From NCBI GenBank assembly GCA_016194285.1, contig JACQBZ010000035.1, positions 64,385 through 128,384 of the forward strand: DNA of 64,000 nt, read 5' to 3'. The notes beneath the pieces are model-generated. The model was not told the origin of the DNA. It was given only the letters and a program-made list of their open reading frames with translations, and did not search any database. The DNA comes from Nitrospirota bacterium (GTDB taxonomy: Bacteria > Nitrospirota > Nitrospiria > JACQBZ01). Each line of letters starts with the position of its first letter. Within the stretch, counting starts at the first letter, position 1. Position numbers and translations under genes: made by a program. Shown one piece after another: positions 63,040-64,000 of this stretch.

Positions 63040-63678
63040 ATGAAAGCCGTGAAGGAAGCGTTAACTCCTCGCCAGGAAGGCGTTCTCGCCTTCATCAAGG
63101 AATCATTCGAACAGAACGGCTTCCCGCCCACGATACGGGAAATCGCCCGGCATCTTCGTCTGCGGGGACCCAAAGGCGCACAGAAACATTTGGCCGCACT
63201 GGAGGATAAAGGCTACATCCGACGCCGATCGAGATTGTCCCGTGCGATGGAAGTCGTCGGCTGGTCCGGCGAAACCGCCTCCCCGACCGTTGCCGTCCCG
63301 TTGCTGGGCCGCGTCCGGGCGGGCGCGCCGCTGCTGGCGACGGAAGAGGTGGAGCAACACCTCCGGCTGGACCGAAGCCTTGCGCCGTCCGGATCCTTTA
63401 TCGTTCGGGTGACAGGCGACAGCATGGTCGATGCCGGCATCCATTCGGGCGACTACGCCGTTGTGCGGCCCCATCCCCAGCCGCGCAACGGAGAGATCGT
63501 GGTCGCGCTCTTGTCCGCCTCCGGCGGAGACGAGGCCACGGTGAAACGGTTTTACAAAGACCGCGACGCGATCCGACTGGAACCGGCGAACGCCCAGATG
63601 AAACCGATCGTGGTGAGACCGAACCAGGAGGAGGTTCGCATCCTCGGCAAGGTCGTGGCGATTATACGTAAATTGTGA
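63040..63678 (+). CDS. lexA: LexA repressor
   Basis: LTPRQEGVLAFIKESFEQNGFPPTIREIA (wHTH); cleavage region VPLLGRVRAGAP; S24 peptidase VTGDSMVDAGI...ATVKRF. Confidence 0.93.
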   Translation: MKAVKEALTPRQEGVLAFIKESFEQNGFPPTIREIARHLRLRGPKGAQKHLAALEDKGYIRRRSRLSRAMEVVGWSGETASPTVAVPLLGRVRAGAPLLATEEVEQHLRLDRSLAPSGSFIVRVTGDSMVDAGIHSGDYAVVRPHPQPRNGEIVVALLSASGGDEATVKRFYKDRDAIRLEPANAQMKPIVVRPNQEEVRILGKVVAIIRKL

Positions 63679-63716
63679 GGGAAAAGGACGTAAGGCGTGA
63701 GGAGTAAGGAGTAGGG
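63675..63716. repeat. GTNAGG-unit repeat (R8)
   Basis: GTGAGGGAAAAGGACGTAAGGCGTGAGGAGTAAGGAGTAGGG; starts in the lexA stop codon. Confidence 0.7.
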
Positions 63717-63722
63717 AAAATC

Positions 63723-63971
63723 ATGATCACCGAGATCGGAGAATCCGTAACCGTGGGCGTGGTATTTGATCCCGAGAAGATCATCGTTCCGAAATGGTTC
63801 GTCTGGAACGGCCGCAAATACGCCATCCAGAGAGTGACCTTTTCTTGGAAAGTCCGGGACGGGCAAAAGCTCTTCCATCACTTTGCCGTGACGGACGGGG
63901 CGAACCTGTATGAGTTGACCTATGAGGCCTCCGCTCTGTCCTGGAAACTGATGACGGTGAGCCCGATGTAA
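63723..63971 (+). CDS. Hypothetical 82-aa protein downstream of lexA
   Basis: ORF with AAGGAG upstream; no family recognised. Confidence 0.5.
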   Translation: MITEIGESVTVGVVFDPEKIIVPKWFVWNGRKYAIQRVTFSWKVRDGQKLFHHFAVTDGANLYELTYEASALSWKLMTVSPM

Positions 63972-63976
63972 CGCGT

Positions 63977-64000
63977 GTAGGGGCACGGTGCGCCGTGTTT
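63977..64000. repeat. REP-like element, GTAGGGGC family (cut by window end)
   Basis: GTAGGGGCACGGTGCGCCGTG...; same left arm as 4657-4669. Confidence 0.5.

Noticed and set aside
21241-63716. CRISPR array interpretation of the GTNAGG / GCGTTT tandem repeats.
   Set aside because: The units are 6-9 nt, degenerate and contiguous, with no unique spacers of 25-40 nt. No cas genes are in the window.

Overview
This is a high-GC chromosome segment from a diderm bacterium (Tol-Pal, Lol and Lnt are all present). All family calls come from reading the translations and from motif memory; no searches were run, and GC statements are by eye.

Layout:
- 1-20.2 kb, housekeeping: a PfkB kinase, mtnP, miaA, mutL, the cpoB-pal-tolB-tolA-tolR-tolQ cluster, tRNA-Asp and tRNA-Val, a Reg_prop lipoprotein, a pseudouridine synthase, a DUF3105 protein, lnt, prfB with its +1 frameshift, lysS, lolCE/lolD and a geranylgeranyl-reductase-like flavoprotein.
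- 20.4-21.1 kb: a vapBC module.
- 21.3-50.4 kb: about 29 kb of co-directional minus-strand glycan-biosynthesis genes. They include a PglC/PglF/PglE-like module, a B12-radical-SAM enzyme, GT2, GT9 and many GT4 glycosyltransferases, a methyltransferase, two full-length AsnB amidotransferases, the Wzm/Wzt ABC exporter, a Wzy_C-type protein and a CapE/RmlD-like/2-epimerase trio. The segment from about 27.4 to 50.4 kb is visibly AT-rich.
- 50.4-51.2 kb: the operon leader carries GGCGGTAGCTTG, a canonical ops element, directly downstream of an RfaH-like NusG paralogue.
- 51.2-55.3 kb, a cassette junkyard: three antitoxin-PIN modules, a small hydrophobic-peptide gene and decayed cassettes, all on the plus strand with consensus sigma70 promoters. 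These are interleaved with three relic 5' ends of asparagine-synthase genes on the minus strand and bounded by 22-31 nt direct repeats.
- 55.3-62.8 kb, high-GC EPS machinery: an O-antigen-ligase/TPR protein, a CpsB phosphatase, a BY-kinase, a Wza-like exporter and an OM beta-barrel.
- 63.0-64.0 kb: lexA with a perfect palindromic operator, followed by a small unknown ORF.

Two repeat families run through the window: GTAGGGGC-armed REP-like palindromes, and intergenic palindromes built from GTNAGG units.
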